Assembly (NCBI RefSeq): GCF_036321535.1 | Contig: NC_087437.1 | Span: 102,116,001 to 102,180,000, forward strand | Reading direction: 5' to 3' | DNA from: Camelus dromedarius | Lineage: Eukaryota | Length of the DNA stretch: 64,000 nucleotides | Part shown: positions 37,995 to 51,149 of the stretch, in pieces | Position numbering within the stretch: position 1 is the first letter of the stretch | Layout: each line of letters starts with the position of its first letter | Made by a program: the position numbers and the translations under genes | Notes under the pieces: generated by a model | The model's input: the letters and a program-made list of their open reading frames with translations, nothing else | Databases searched by the model: none | What the model was told of the DNA's origin: nothing

Positions 37995-38598
37995 GAGTAA
38001 GATGATTAAAAAAAAAAAAAGGACTTTGGACTCTAAGGATGGAGAAGGGCCAATATTTTAGAATATGGAAAACAAGTAGGTGAACTTTCTCTGAATTAGT
38101 GACTGTAGAAAACTTGTCCCTAATCTTCATGAAAATATATTAATCTCCCAAGAACCCTAGAAATATTTAGAAAATGAAGGTACCTTGAAATGTGATCATA
38201 TAAAAAGATGTGGAAAAGGATGATTGGTTGAAAATGTAACTAGACTCCTCCTGCCCACCAGGTAGAACCAAGCACTCCCACACAGAGTTCTAAAGATAAA
38301 ACTCCAGTTATTGTAAGCAAACATATTCTCCTAAGGAAAGAAGTTGAAAGATTTCTCTCTGGTGAAACCATCTAACCAAAGGCAAAAGTCTTATATCTAC
38401 TAACAGTTGCATTTCCCTTCTAATAGTTGACAGTGCCAGCCTAATTAACCTCCACTGAGACTAATTACTTGGCCAATTTCTTGCAGGCCCATGAAGCTTA
38501 CAACGTTGTGTTCGCTCATTCAAAAATGTGACTCATCACTCAGTAATCACTATCCACTGAAGAAAGGCCCAAATTTCAAAGGCAGGAAAAAAAAAATT
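37995..38598 (+). mobile_element. Old L1-like 5' region; probable 5' part of the HAL1 split by the young L1
   Basis: Position next to the TSD and loose resemblance to old L1/HAL1 5' sequence; weak. Confidence 0.4.
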
Positions 38599-38615
38599 AA
38601 AACTAAACTCAAAAA

Positions 38616-39337
38616 TAGACTTCATGTTAAAAATGTAGATTGCTTTGAGTATTATGGCCATTTTAATAATATTAATTCTTCTAATCCAAAAACACTGGAT
38701 ATCTTTCCATTTCTTTAAATCATCTTTAATTTCCTTTATCAGTGTTTTATAGTTCTCAGCACGTCTTTCACCTCCTTGGTCAGGTTTATTCTTAAGTATT
38801 TTTTTTTTGATGCAATTTTAAAAGGGATTTTTTAAACTTTCCCTTTCCGATGTTTCATTGCTAGTGTAAAGAAATGCAACAGATTTCTGTATATTAATCT
38901 TGTATCCTTTTACCTTGCTGAATTCATTTATCAATTCTAGCAGTTTTTGTGTGGAGTCTTTAGGGTTTTCTATCTATAGTATTATGTCATCTACATATAA
39001 TGACAATTTTATCTCTTCTCTTCCAGTTTGGATGCCTTTTAACGATTTTTTTGTCTGATTGCTGTGGCGAGGACTGCCAATACTATGTTGAATAGAAGTG
39101 GTGAGAGTGAGCATCCTTGTCTTGTTCTAGATTTCAGCAGGAACTCTTTCAGCTTTTTACTATTGAGTATTGTGTTGACTGTAGGTTGCTCATAAATAGC
39201 TCCTATTATGTTGGAATATGCTCCCTCTGTACCCACTTTGGTAAGAGTTTTTATCATGAATGGATGTTGAATTTGAGCAAATGCTTTTTCTGCATCTATT
39301 GAGATGATCATGTGTTTCTTTTTTCTTATCTTGTTGT
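38616..39337 (-). mobile_element. L1 ORF2 RT segment; inverted 5' part of a twin-primed L1
   Basis: ORF 39039-39311 [23 protein letters not shown]...[25 protein letters not shown] is canonical L1 RT. Confidence 0.96.
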
Positions 39338-40943
39338 AAAAAAAAAAAACTAGAAAAAATAATCCTAAAATTTATATGGAACTATAAAAGACCCAGAAAT
39401 GCTAAAGCACTCTTGAGGAAAAAGAACAAAGCTGGAAGCCCAGCTCTCCCAGACTTCAGACAATACTACAAAACTACAGTAATCAAAACAGTGTGGTACT
39501 GGCACAAAAACAGACATATGGATCAATGAAACAGAATAGACAGCCCAGAAATAAACCCACATATCTATGGTCAATTAATCTTCAACAAAGAAGGCAAGAA
39601 TATACAGTAGAGAAAAGACAGTCTCTTCAGCAAGTAGTGTAGGGAAAGCTGGAGAGGCCACATGTAATCAATGAAGTTAGAACACTCCCTAACACCATAC
39701 ACAAAAATAAACTCAAAATGATAGACATGACACCATAAAACTCCTAAAAAAGAACAAAGGCAAAACATTCCCTGACATAAATCATAGCAATATTTTCTTA
39801 GATCAGTCTCCCAAGGCAGTAGAAATAAAAGCAAAAATAAAGAAATGAGGTCTAATCAAACTTATAAACATTTGCACAGCAAAGGAAACCATAAACAAAA
39901 TGGGAAGACAACCTACAGCCTAGGAGAAAATATTTGCAAACAATGGGACTAACAAGAGCTTAATTTCCAAAATATACAAACTGCTAATACAACTTAATAA
40001 CAAAAAGCAATCAACCCAATCAAAAAATGGGCAGAAGACATAAATAGACATTTCTCCAAATAAGACATCCAGATGGCCAATAGGCACATAAAAAGATGCT
40101 TAACATCACTAATCATTAGAGAAATGCAAAGCAAAACTACAATGAGATATCACTTCACACCAGTCAAAATGGCCATCATCAAAAAGTCTACAAATAATAA
40201 ATTCTGGGGAATGTATAGAGAAAAGGGAACCCTCTTACACTTTTTGTAGGACTGTAAATTAGTACAGCCACTCTGGAGAACACTGTGGAGGTCCCTTAAA
40301 AAACTAAAAATAGAGTTATCATATGATCCAGCAATCCTACTCCTTGGAATACATCTGGAAAAGAAGAAACTCTAATTCAAAAAGATACATGCATCCCAGT
40401 ATTCATGGCAGCACTATTTACAATAGCCAAGACATGGAAGCAAACTAATAGTCATTGACAGATGACTGGATAAAGAAATTGTGGAATGGAATACTACTCA
40501 GCCATAAGAAAGAATTAAATAATGCCACTTGAGCAACATGTATGGATTTGAGATTATCATATTAAGTGAAGTAAGTCAGAGAAAGACAAATACCATAGGT
40601 ATCATTTATATATGGAATCTAACATATTATACAAATGAACTTATTTACAAAACAGAAACAAACTCACAGATGTAAAACAAACAAAACAAAACAAAACAAA
40701 CATGGTTGCCAAAGGGGAAAGGTAGAGGGGCATAAATTAGAAGTTTGGGATTAGCAGATACAAACTACTATATATAAAATGGATAAACAACAAGGTACTA
40801 CTGAATAACAGAAGGAAATATATTCAGTATGTTGTAATAAACTGTAATGGAAAAAGAGTATGAATAACAATGTATGTATATGGATAACTTTGTTGTGAAC
40901 AGGAAACTAACACAACATTGTAAATTATCTATACTTCAATTAA
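39338..40943 (+). mobile_element. L1 ORF2 C-terminal half and 3'UTR (sense part)
   Basis: aatcctaaaatttatatggaac...gtgtggtactggcacaaaaacagac..., ending ctatacttcaattaaaaaaa. TSD-like aaaactaaactcaaaaa (38599-38615) / aaaaataaactcaaaga (40944-40960). Confidence 0.96.
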
Positions 40944-40960
40944 AAAAATAAACTCAAAGA

Positions 40961-42100
40961 AATTTAAGTTTTATTATGCCTGAATTCTTAAAGTATTCTT
41001 CTTTTTAAAGTTGAGGGAGATAATTTCATCCATGAGACAAAGATAAAAGAAATATTTAGAAGATAAAAAAACTAATGGAAATTAAAAAAGAATTCAAAAA
41101 AAGAACAATTCAGGATAGAATAACAAGGAAGTTCTAGTAAAGAAATCATCTGTAAAAGATGGAGAGTTTCATACACAATATAAAACTAAGAATTCAATGA
41201 TTTGATTTACAAAGTCCACTGCCCTAATAATAGTTTTATCTTGACCTCCTTTGGTGAAAATGAGAGGAGGAATATTATCAAACAATTTAGAAAAATTTCT
41301 CAAGGACAAACCAAGGTATGTCTTTGTGAAATCTCAAAATAGAATGGGTAAAGGAAGATCTCATACCTTTACAGAAAGAATCCAAAACAGTGGGGGATTA
41401 CATGCAAAGGATTAGTAAATAGAATAGCAATGAGCCTCTGGACAGAGAGACTAAAGTTCAAGATCATAAAACAATCTGCTTGAAATTCTGAGGAAATTCT
41501 TTTTCAAGAGGAATAAAAAAGGAAATTAAAATTATTTATTCCCTGTGATCAATTAACTGGAGGATTGTCCTCCAGAATCTGGAGATACATCCATAAAAAG
41601 TACATAAAAAACTAAAAAATTAAGGGAGGAATTTGTTTACTCCAGGAAAATAACAGAAGCTGTATAGGAAATAACATTGCTGTAGAAAAACAAAACGAAA
41701 ACTTCCATTCTCATAAAAGTGCACTCATAATGATGTCAAGCTTGAACAATAATTGCGGTGACTGAGTAGTAAGAGTCAGACTGGAGTATTGATAGAGAAA
41801 GAAGTGCATGGAAAGGTGATGGGCTTGGGGGATATAAAGAAATATCAATGTTTTAGGAAGCAGACAATGTGAAAAACAGAAATGTTAAGAAAGCAAGTCA
41901 TAAGTATGACATTTCCACATATAAAGGTATGCTGCAGAAAGAGAAGAGTGGAGGGAAGCTTAAGTTTAAACGGAGTGCTTCTTGGAACTGCAGATCAAAG
42001 CTTTTTCTGCTTCAGTGGCCTGAGTGCTTTTTATTGTAAGGCTTTAGGGATGATTAGATTACTTATTATGTAACAGAAAACTTTGAAAATAATTGTAAAA
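40961..42100 (+). mobile_element. HAL1-like (ORF1-only L1 derivative) remnant
   Basis: ORF1-like aatagaatagcaatgagcctctggacag...tgaaattctgaggaaattcttttcaa followed, with no ORF2, by a tail tgctttttattgtaaggcttt...aactttgaaaataa resembling HAL1 3' ends. Confidence 0.55.
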
Positions 42101-42929
42101 TTCTATAATCAATTTTACTCTTTAAGTTTTGTTGAAAAACAATGTTTATTGCCTCTTATTTTAAGGACCATCACTTTACAGGATTCTTTCCTGTTTCCTT
42201 TTCTAACTCTAGTGCTCAGTTTCTGCCGTAGACACTTGAAGTTGGTGTAATATCCTTACTGTTGTTTTGTCAGTTGTTTTCTGAGAGGCACAATGTTCTA
42301 ACTTCACAGCTGTGCCACTTACAAAAAAGCCTGTGATCCAATTCTTAATTGCCAGGCAAACTGAAAGAGGGAAGTGTTAGAAGACACTTGAGCCACAGTA
42401 TTATCTTAATAATTTCCTTTCTCTAGTGACCAAGGTGCTTGACTAAGCCTTTAAAATCATTCTTAATAATCTATTATTCATATAATGACTCAGAAACCCA
42501 GAGATAAAAAGAAGGGTAATTGGACATAGGAATAAAATAAGTTTTTCATGGAATTTGTGTACATCTAACTTTGACAACTATTTGTAACACAGATGGAAAT
42601 GTCTTGCTGCTCACAGTGTCAGGTATATTTCGGAGACATATTGGCAGGAAGAATGTCCATTTGACTGATTAGAACAAGACAGACAAAATGGTGTCTCTTC
42701 TTACCAAACCTGATAAATTACATTGTATCAAAGACCCTGGTTCTTCACTCCTCCCTGTAGCTAAGCCCTTTGCTTTGTTTCTTGGTATTGCCCTTTCTGA
42801 CTCTAGGTTTGGTTGTACAACTTGGTTGTTCAATACTCTAAAGAAGAAATGATAGCATGTCTTTTCCAAACTGAGCCCTAAAGAAACCTTAAGTTCTTAT
42901 GTTTGGTTTATGTTTCTGTGATTGCACTG

Positions 42930-43181
42930 AGAGCATGACAGGGTAACCAACCTATTGGAGGATGAGGGGCGTGTGGAATCCCAGACAAAACTAGCCAAAA
43001 TCATGGCAAACCAGCTGATTCCCAGACACGTCTAGACATGTGAGTGCATCCAGACAAGACAGAGATGGCTTAACAATCCTAGATGGCCCCATACACACAA
43101 GAAATGCACACTTCTTATTCTGTGCCACCAAGGTTCTATGGTTTTTTTGTATGTAGTTTTATATGACAGGAAAATAATACA
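42930..43181 (+). mobile_element. MLT1 (H/J-like) LTR 3' fragment
   Basis: ccagctga...agacatgtgagtg...cttattctgtgccaccaaggtt...aataataca. Confidence 0.6.
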
Positions 43182-43416
43182 TATCAGCAGCTTTCTAATT
43201 GATTGTGGTAAATTGATTCTGATGTATCAAACATACAGATATGGTGCAAATAGTTCAAGGAAATTTCATATACTCTCTACTGATGTTCAACAGTTGTTTG
43301 CCATTGTACCCATTTCAGTTATATTCTCTCTCCCTCTTCTTATTCTCTACTCCTCCTATAATTATCTGTCAATCACGTATCTATCATCTATCAATCACCA
43401 CCCCAATGCTGTTTAA

Positions 43417-43878
43417 GTATATTAGTTTCTTGTGATCGCCATAGTAAATTACCACCTAGTGGTTTAAAACTCAAAATAATAATAGACATTTATTCTCTCA
43501 CGGTTCTGGAGGATAGAAGTTCAAAATCAGATTCTCAGTGGTATTGTGTCCCCTACAGGAATTCTAGAGGAGAATCCATCCACTGCTTCCTGTAGCTTGT
43601 GGTGGCTGCCAGCAGTCCCTGCCTTGTCATAGCATCACTCCAGTCTCTGCCGCCTTAGTCACATTGCTGCTGCAGCTTCTTTCCTAAAACTCTTATCCGG
43701 CTCTCTCTTATAAGGATACACATGCTTGCATTTAGGACCCATTCGGGCAAGCCAGGATATCCTCTTTCTCTCTAGATGTTAATTTAATCACATTATTTGT
43801 CATATAAGGTAATATTTCAATGTTCTAAATATTTAGGAATTTAATACATCTTTGGGGGTCATTTTCAGTCCTTCCCCA
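43417..43878 (-). mobile_element. MLT1 (B/C/D-like) solo LTR nested in L1MC
   Basis: tattagtttct...aaattaccac...atttattctctcacggttctggagg...ctctcttataaggatac...ttgggggtcattttcagtc. Confidence 0.85.
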
Positions 43879-44188
43879 GGAAGAGATGTCATGACACTTT
43901 ACCCCAATTTTTTTCACTACATATTTTGTAAACGTGTATTATCTCTCTCACTCTTCTTTTTTTTTTATTCCTTGACCTCATTCTTGTGTACAGAAGAAGG
44001 AGAAAGTCCTCAGACAAGTGTACCATGTATCCAGAACTAAGGCACACTGGTGCAAAGGTATTGTTTGCAGTCAAACACACGAGGCTTTGAGACCAACTAT
44101 ACCACTTACTGAATGATCTTGAACGAAACATGTATTTTCTTAAATATGGAACAGCTGACAAAATCAGGCACTTTAACATGGATACTGT

Positions 44189-44407
44189 CAGTGTTTACTT
44201 AGTCACACTGGAGCCCAAGTAGAAGGAAAACATCAGAAATAATTCTGTTATTTAAAATTTTGTCCTGTTCATCATGGATTTTTTGCTTTAAACTTTATTT
44301 TTTAAATACTACATTCAAATACTATTTATTTTGATTACTGAGTTTTTTTGTGTCACCGTAAATTCTGTGCCCAAGTGGCTCCTTCCTGTCACAGTATCCC
44401 AGGCTTG
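44189..44407 (-). mobile_element. MER96B-like hAT MITE nested in L1MC
   Basis: tgttcatcatggattttttgc...tatttattttgattactgagttttttg...aaattctgtgcccaag matches remembered antisense MER96B. Confidence 0.75.
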
Positions 44408-45261
44408 ATCTGCAGCCCACATTCAACTCTTATCAATTGTCCCAACATTATCCTCGATAGCTGTCATCTCCCATCCGTGATCCCACATGGAGTCATGCAT
44501 TGCACTTCCCTGTTTATGCCTCTTTATTAACTGGAACTGTTCCTCAGTCTTTTCTTTCTTGAGAATATTTTGAAGAATAGGCCAGGTACTTTGGATTTGT
44601 CTGCTGTTTCCTTGTATTTAATGCAGGTTTTGGTGTTCATGCATGTGTATGAGGTAGCAGGACTATTACTGAAGTGAAGTTTATCTTTTTCAGGTTATTA
44701 TTTTAGGAAGAACATGATAATGCTTTGTTCTACTGTTAGTGATGTTAGATTAGGTTAAGATTGGTGACCTGATTAAGATGGTATTGGCCATATTTCTCCA
44801 CTATAAAGTTACTATTTTTCTCTTAATAATTTTTAAATTTGTGGAATACCTTTAACAACTATGTAACTATCTTGTTCATTGTCAAATTTCACCTAACCAG
44901 TCTAATAATTATTGATTTATAACTCCTTCATTACTAAATTTAGATTTTTTTTACTATATTTATAGGTATATTTTTAGTTGAAATTCTGCTCTAAAGGATT
45001 TTAATTCTCTATATGTATATTAATATCAATTTATACATTTGTATTCTATTCTATGGGACAATAAATTGTCCTTCATAGGATTAGTGAGAGGTCTTCCAGC
45101 TGATTTTTGGATCCTTCTGAGAACTCCCCATAATTCCCAGGGCTTTTGTCACGTTCCTGACCCAAACAAGGTGTCAGAATATCACCTAGTGTTTTACAGG
45201 TACCTGTTGTGGAATCAGCATTGTCTAAAAAGTCTTGGTAGCTTTTAATGGAGAATGGCCT

Positions 45262-46628
45262 CTATTGCTTCTGATGATGTCAGCTGTCAAATCGTTACTC
45301 TCCTTTATGTAATTTAACAATTTTCTGTGGCTTCTTTCAAGACTTTCTCTTTATTTTTGGATGTCGTCATTTTGACTCTAAGGTGCTTTGGCATGATTGT
45401 ATTTATCCTGCAGGCAGTTCACTATTCTTTTTGGATCCATGAGTTGAAGATTTTCATCAGATCTGCAAAATGTTTAGCTACTATTTCTCCAAATATTATT
45501 TTTCCTCATTCTCCCTTCTTTCTTTTTGAGAATATACACATACCTTAGAACACTTAATATGGTCCAAAATTATATTGAATTTTTCTTCATCTTCATTTTC
45601 CCTGTCTCCTACATATTCTATAAATCTCTTGCCCTTTATATTACAGTGCAAATCGTTGAGCTTCTGTTTATTTTCTTTTATAATATGTGTATGTATTATA
45701 ATAAATTATATTGATCTATATCCAAGCTCATCGACTTATTTCCCCTGCTATTTAGCCCATCAGGGAATTTTTCATCTCACTTATATTGTTTAATTTGGTT
45801 TTCACAGATTTTCCTTTTTTTTCATAGTTTCAATTTTACTGCTCATATTTTCCAATTGTCAATCATTGTGACCAGATTTTGTATCAGAACCTTGGCTGTA
45901 TTTATAATTGCTGCTTTACATTTCTTCTGATAATTTCAAATGGTACATCTTCTTGGGAATCATTTCTGTTGACTGCTTTGTTCTTTGAGTATCAGTCACA
46001 TTCTGCTGATTCTTCACATGTCTAGTAACTTTTAATTGCATGTTGGGCAATAAAAACATGTTGTAGGGCTCTGATTGTACTTATTTTCCTCCTAAGGACT
46101 CATATGTGTTCAAGCAGTAAGTTTAAATTGGTCAAACTCAAACTCTAAAATCTGTTTTCTTTAGGAGAGGCAGCCACCGAAAATCTGAATCCTTCCAATT
46201 TCTAACTGCTTTATTTGCCAGGTTCTTTAGTATCTCATAAATGTTTGCTTAGATCAGTGTTTAACCATGAATTTTGTATATATTTATATATAGAATTTGG
46301 CCCTCATTCCATATCAATTCCTTCCTTCTCTGGATCTTTCCCCCTAATTTCCCAACCAATATGCCAGTCTCAAACTCTGCATGCTAAGCTCATGTCTCCT
46401 GCACCACAGAGATTGAAAAGTACCCTTCAGCAAAATCCTGAAAGCATGTAAATCTCACTTCACATACTTCTTATCTTCCAAGGGTCACCCTTCTCAAGAT
46501 TCTCCCTGTTTTAGGTTGATACTCACTTACAATATTTTTAAAAATATTATATACAGATTTTATAGGTACTTTCTACAGGAAAGTTTGTCTATACATGTTT
46601 TTCTGTCATTACTGAAAGGTGGAACCTC
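45262..46628 (-). mobile_element. Old L1M/HAL1 ORF1 and 5' region
   Basis: ggcttctttcaagactttctctttattttt...ttttcatcagatctgcaaaatgtttagctactatttctccaaatatt is antisense L1 ORF1. Confidence 0.7.
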
Positions 46629-47164
46629 AAATTTATTCTATCTGAAGTTTTTTTTAATTAAAAATTATACTAACACAAAACAAAAGTAGAACATCTCTGA
46701 TTGAATAAAGAAATGGGTATAGAATCCTGCCTTTTCTCCATACAAGCATATATGACACAAATTAGTCAGGTAGCACTCCCCTCAAGTTCTAGGTTTCCAT
46801 AGTCAGTTTGAAAATAACTTACTTTTACCAAATAATGAATATTTTTGATTCATTGATAAGGAATTCCTTTAATAATGAATATACCTGAGAGGAAGTATAA
46901 TGAATATATCTGAGAGGATGTGAACACCATAAAAAATATGTTTACATATGTGGTCAGAAAATTGACCACCAAGTTTCATTTCAATATTCAGGCAAAACTC
47001 CAAAGGATATCTTTTAAAATGCACAACATTTTATATACATTTGAGAGTGCTTTCAAATATATAATTTGCTATTCATAATACTCCTATAAGTATAGGATAT
47101 ATACTTATTTTCATTTTAGTATTGACATTACTTTATAATTCTATGAAACACCATGAAAACATGT

Positions 47165-47390
47165 AATTTAGTTACAGTATATACCAGACACTATGTTCAG
47201 AGTTTTGCAAATACCGTCTTACTTCATTTCCACCAAGGGTTATTAGCCCAATTACATAAATGTGAAAACTGAGCTCTCAAGTGATCTTAAGCCTTCCTCA
47301 GAGAGGAAGGTAGTAAAAATATCCACAAATCAAACCCTTGTCTATATGCCTGTGAAAGCACATTTTTCAAATATTATATAATTCTGCATT
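47165..47390 (-). mobile_element. MIR fragment
   Basis: ataccagacactatgttcagag...tattagcccaattacataaatgtgaaaactgagc. Confidence 0.6.
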
Positions 47391-47704
47391 TCCCAGAGAA
47401 TTGAAATGTCTTTGAAATGAATTCAATATCTTGACAAGATGTAGAGTATTTCTACTAGAGAAACTGAACTAAAAATCAGTTCTTGTATTGGTTGGCCTCA
47501 GCCTTTTTTGTACTATGCCTTACTGTTTGAAAGGAAGGAAGGAGAGAGACAATATTAGGACATATAGGACATTTAGTTCAACCCTAAAATTTCAATGGCT
47601 TAACAAAAGATCTATATCTTATTTACATAAAATATAATATGAATCAATAGTCTTTTATTTTGGATTATAATTTGACTCAATGGTATCTTTATGGTATCAT
47701 CACT

Positions 47705-47950
47705 GTAATGGTGACATTTAAACAGACACTTCAGGATTTAAGGATGCGAGCTGTGTGTATCATTTGGGAATGCATTCTGGGGAAAGGAATAGAAAGGTCA
47801 AAGGTCTATAATTGAAACTGTTCTTGAAACATTGAAGAATAGCAAGAAGGCCAGTACTCTTGGTACAGAGGGGAGAAAATTATAGAAGTGGAGACCGAGG
47901 AGATAAAGTCCGCAGGTCCTTTAAAGCCATTGCCTTTACTTTAAATGAGG
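47705..47950 (-). mobile_element. L2 fragment
   Basis: ggtgacatttaaacagacact...tgaagaatagcaagaaggccagt. Confidence 0.65.
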
Positions 47951-48300
47951 TGAAATTCCTGTTCTTCAGTCCTCCACACCTGGCCTTAGTACCTGTCACC
48001 AGAACTTACACAATGAATCTTAGTTATATGGACATCTTTCTTCACTTTTCTTGACCAGACTGAGTATGGTGGCTCGCATATGAGACAAAACTGTTATGTG
48101 TTTGGTGCCTGATCTAGAAAGACATGTTTACTGTATGTTTCTTGATAAAATTCAGATTTTATGTTCACTTTGCCTCTTTAATTGTATTAATCCCCTTGTG
48201 AGAGTTTAGTCCTCTTTACATGCTTAGAACCAGGCCATTGGATTTTCATTATGACATTCTCTTTGACTCAAATCAATTTGGCCATCTAGAAATCAACTCT

Positions 48301-48486
48301 TCACAGAGAAAAAACTGTGACAATGAATATATATATGTTCATGTATAACTGAAAAATTGTGCTCTACAATTTAGAATTTGGAATTTGACACAACATTGAG
48401 AATGATTATAAATCAATAAAAATATTAAACATCTTTAAAAATTAAAAAAAATCAAAATCCCCCCAAAAAATAAATAAAAGAAAGAA
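48301..48486 (+). mobile_element. Short 5'-truncated young L1 3' end (camelid type)
   Basis: tgtgacaatgaatatatatatgttcatgtataactgaaaaattgtgctctac...gacacaacattg...caataaaaa; perfect 13-bp TSD agaaatcaactct (48288-48300 / 48487-48499). Confidence 0.88.
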
Positions 48487-50050
48487 AGAAATCAACTCTA
48501 CTGCAAAGTGCATAGATTTGTCTTTTTGCCAAGTCTGAGAATTTGGGTGCTCTATCCGAGTCAACTGATTTTTTTTTTTTCATTTAGCCTCACACAGTAT
48601 CAGTGTAGCCTTCTCTTGAGGTTCCTGTGTATCACACTCACCACTCTGTCATGACACCAGCCATAATTATTAAGTAGAAGTCATGTCTGGTGCTGATATC
48701 CTGAAGAATGCAAAATGATCTGATATGTCTCTCTGACTGTACAGTAATGAGTTGGGCTTGATAGGTCACTAGTGTTATGTGCTTTATTCCTGTAAAGACA
48801 TTCAGTGTATATTGTGCATAAGTTTTCTCCATTGCAGTGGCAATGCAAAAAACAACCAAATAAGACTTTAAGAGTTAAAATGATTTGCTTCATTATAGAA
48901 ATACTTTACCTCAGTAAGGAAAGTCATGATGATACAAACACCTATGAATGAATTAAATTAGGAAGAGGAGGTTATGTATAATTATTATGAAACTGAATCA
49001 TATTAAATAATTAGCAGATTAAGACTATAATCCAAAGATCTGATATGTTTGAAACATCTTATGTAACAACATATAGTAACAATATTAAATTAATATGACC
49101 AAAAAATTCTTAATACTATATATTTTGTTCAAGTAAATGCACTTTAAATATTAATTTTGAGAGCAACTTATGTGGATAAACTTTAGTGAAAGAAACATGT
49201 AACAAATTGTTGCAAAATATAAATATTAATGATGCATTTGATTTTAATTCACCTAGATTATTGAACAGCATTCAAATGAAGGCCCATAGAGAAATATATG
49301 TTGATACAAATAAACTAAAATTTATTTTATTATAGTGTGATGCATATTTTTTCTCCAAGTCAGAGTTTATAGAAGGGTAAGATGATTTCAGTGAATTTTC
49401 TTCCTAAAATCTATTACTACTTGGTGCCTACTTTTTTATAAGTCTGTGTCTCATTAAAGGAAGCACTGGTTCAGGGAATGAATAAATGTTTCCTAAGTTA
49501 AATTGTAGAAATATTTTTCAGTATTGTGATGCTTTCTTCAAAGCTTGGCTGTGTTTTCCCTATAGATTGGTTCCTGAAACTGATAGATATTAAAATTTAT
49601 GCTAGAAACGCTAGAGATGTTTTCTTCTTCTCAGTCTGCTTATCCAGAAATGCATGTAGGTTTTCTTTTGCAGATTAATAAACTATAGTCCCCTAACAAT
49701 TCATTTTGTTAATTTTTAAAATATATTTGTCTCTGTTGCCTTCTTAAAAAACTATATGTTGCTTTACAAAATGTATCTCATACTTCCTAGGGCAGCAGTA
49801 TACAAAGATTCAGATATTATTGAATCCCTAAAGATCTTCATGGAGTCAGCAGGCATACAGAATGCTAGGAAAGGTGGAAAAACAATGTGCCTGACTTAAA
49901 GCATAATGTCAGTCTTTCTTTTGATCTCTTCTTTCATAATCATCATTTTCCATTTACCAAAAAAAAAAAAAAAAAATCATGCCTATCTTTTACCCATTGT
50001 GATACTTCACTGTTACCTCACTCTGGGATAAAAAGTCCAAGGGTGCAAAA

Positions 50051-50560
50051 TGTATTAGTCGGGGGTCTCCAGAGCAACAGAACCAATAGAATGAATGAGG
50101 ATGTGTGTGCATGTGTGTAAAAATAGGAGGCATTAAAATGAATTGGCTCATGTGATTGTGGAGATTGAAAATTTCCATAATTTGCAGTCTGTCACTTAAA
50201 AGGTAGGGACTCAGGAAAACCAGAGCTGTAATTCATTTCATGTCCAAAGGTCTGAGAACCAGGGTAGCCAAGGGTTTAAATCCCAGTTGAAGGGTAGGGG
50301 ATGAGATGTGCTGTCCCAGATCCAACAGTGATGCAGGAAGAAGTGGGGGCAAATTCCTCCTTCTTCCATCTTTTGTTCTATTCAGGCTCTCGAGGAATTG
50401 GACTTTATCCACCCACACTGGAGAGAGCAGTCTATGTTATGGCATCCATCAATTCAAATGCTGTTCTCTTTCAGAGATACTTTCAGACACACAACCAGAA
50501 ACGAATGTTTATCTGGGCAGCCCATGGCCAGTCAAGTTGACATATAAAATTAGCCATCAA
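50051..50560 (-). mobile_element. MLT2 (B-like) ERVL solo LTR
   Basis: tgtattagtcgggggtctccagagcaacagaaccaatag...gaattggctcatgtgattgtggag...cagtcaagttgacatataaaattagccatca. Confidence 0.92.
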
Positions 50561-51149
50561 TCAAGCAAATGGGCAATTCAAAATATTAATATTTGTGAGC
50601 ATTTCCTGAAGACCTCAAAAATCCGTTAGAGGACTCTAGACATTGCCCCTTCTTCCCAACACATACACATTCTATTAAGGTAAAGAAGTAACATTAAAGA
50701 TGGGATATTCTAGCCTTTCCACAATGTCTGAGTTAAAATGTATTATAGAATAAATCTGTGAGAATTATACCAATTTTTCTTAACAGCTTTGCCACTTTCA
50801 TCCCTACCTATTGTCAATCAGTGCATTCATTGTTCCTGCAAAAGAGAGTCAAGAGGGGAGAAACCATCAGACCATTAATAAGAATGATTGAAGGGAGTGA
50901 CATTTTATTTTATTCAGTAACCTTTCATGGTAAAGTAGGCTTATTGGTCTACAGAAACATTAGAATATGCATAATTTGTAAAATGATGCTCGCAATCTCT
51001 AAGCTAATACAAACTTGACCCCTCTCACTCAGCATTTTCAACATTATTGACCAGAAGGATGAGCCTGGCCACTTCTCTTATTGCCATGTCTCACAGACAA
51101 ACAGCACTTTAATTTTGTCTGATTTCAAGAAAGATATAGATTTTTGCTC

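Larger units (their letters stand above)
43190..45260 (-). mobile_element. L1MC4/5-like 3' region carrying nested insertions
   Basis: gatgtcatgacacttttacccc, aaatcaggcactttaacatggatac, cccacattcaactcttatcaattgtcccaac, tttctccactataaagttactattttt. Confidence 0.7.

Noticed and set aside
39039..39311. Functional reverse transcriptase gene
   Set aside because: A 90-aa remnant of an inverted, truncated L1 ORF2 with disruptions.
46872..46921. CRISPR-like repeats
   Set aside because: Two abutting units with no spacers or cas genes, in mammalian DNA.
50051..50560. MLT2 LTR as partner of the ERVL pol relics
   Set aside because: About 40 kb away with unrelated intervening DNA; a solo LTR is simpler.
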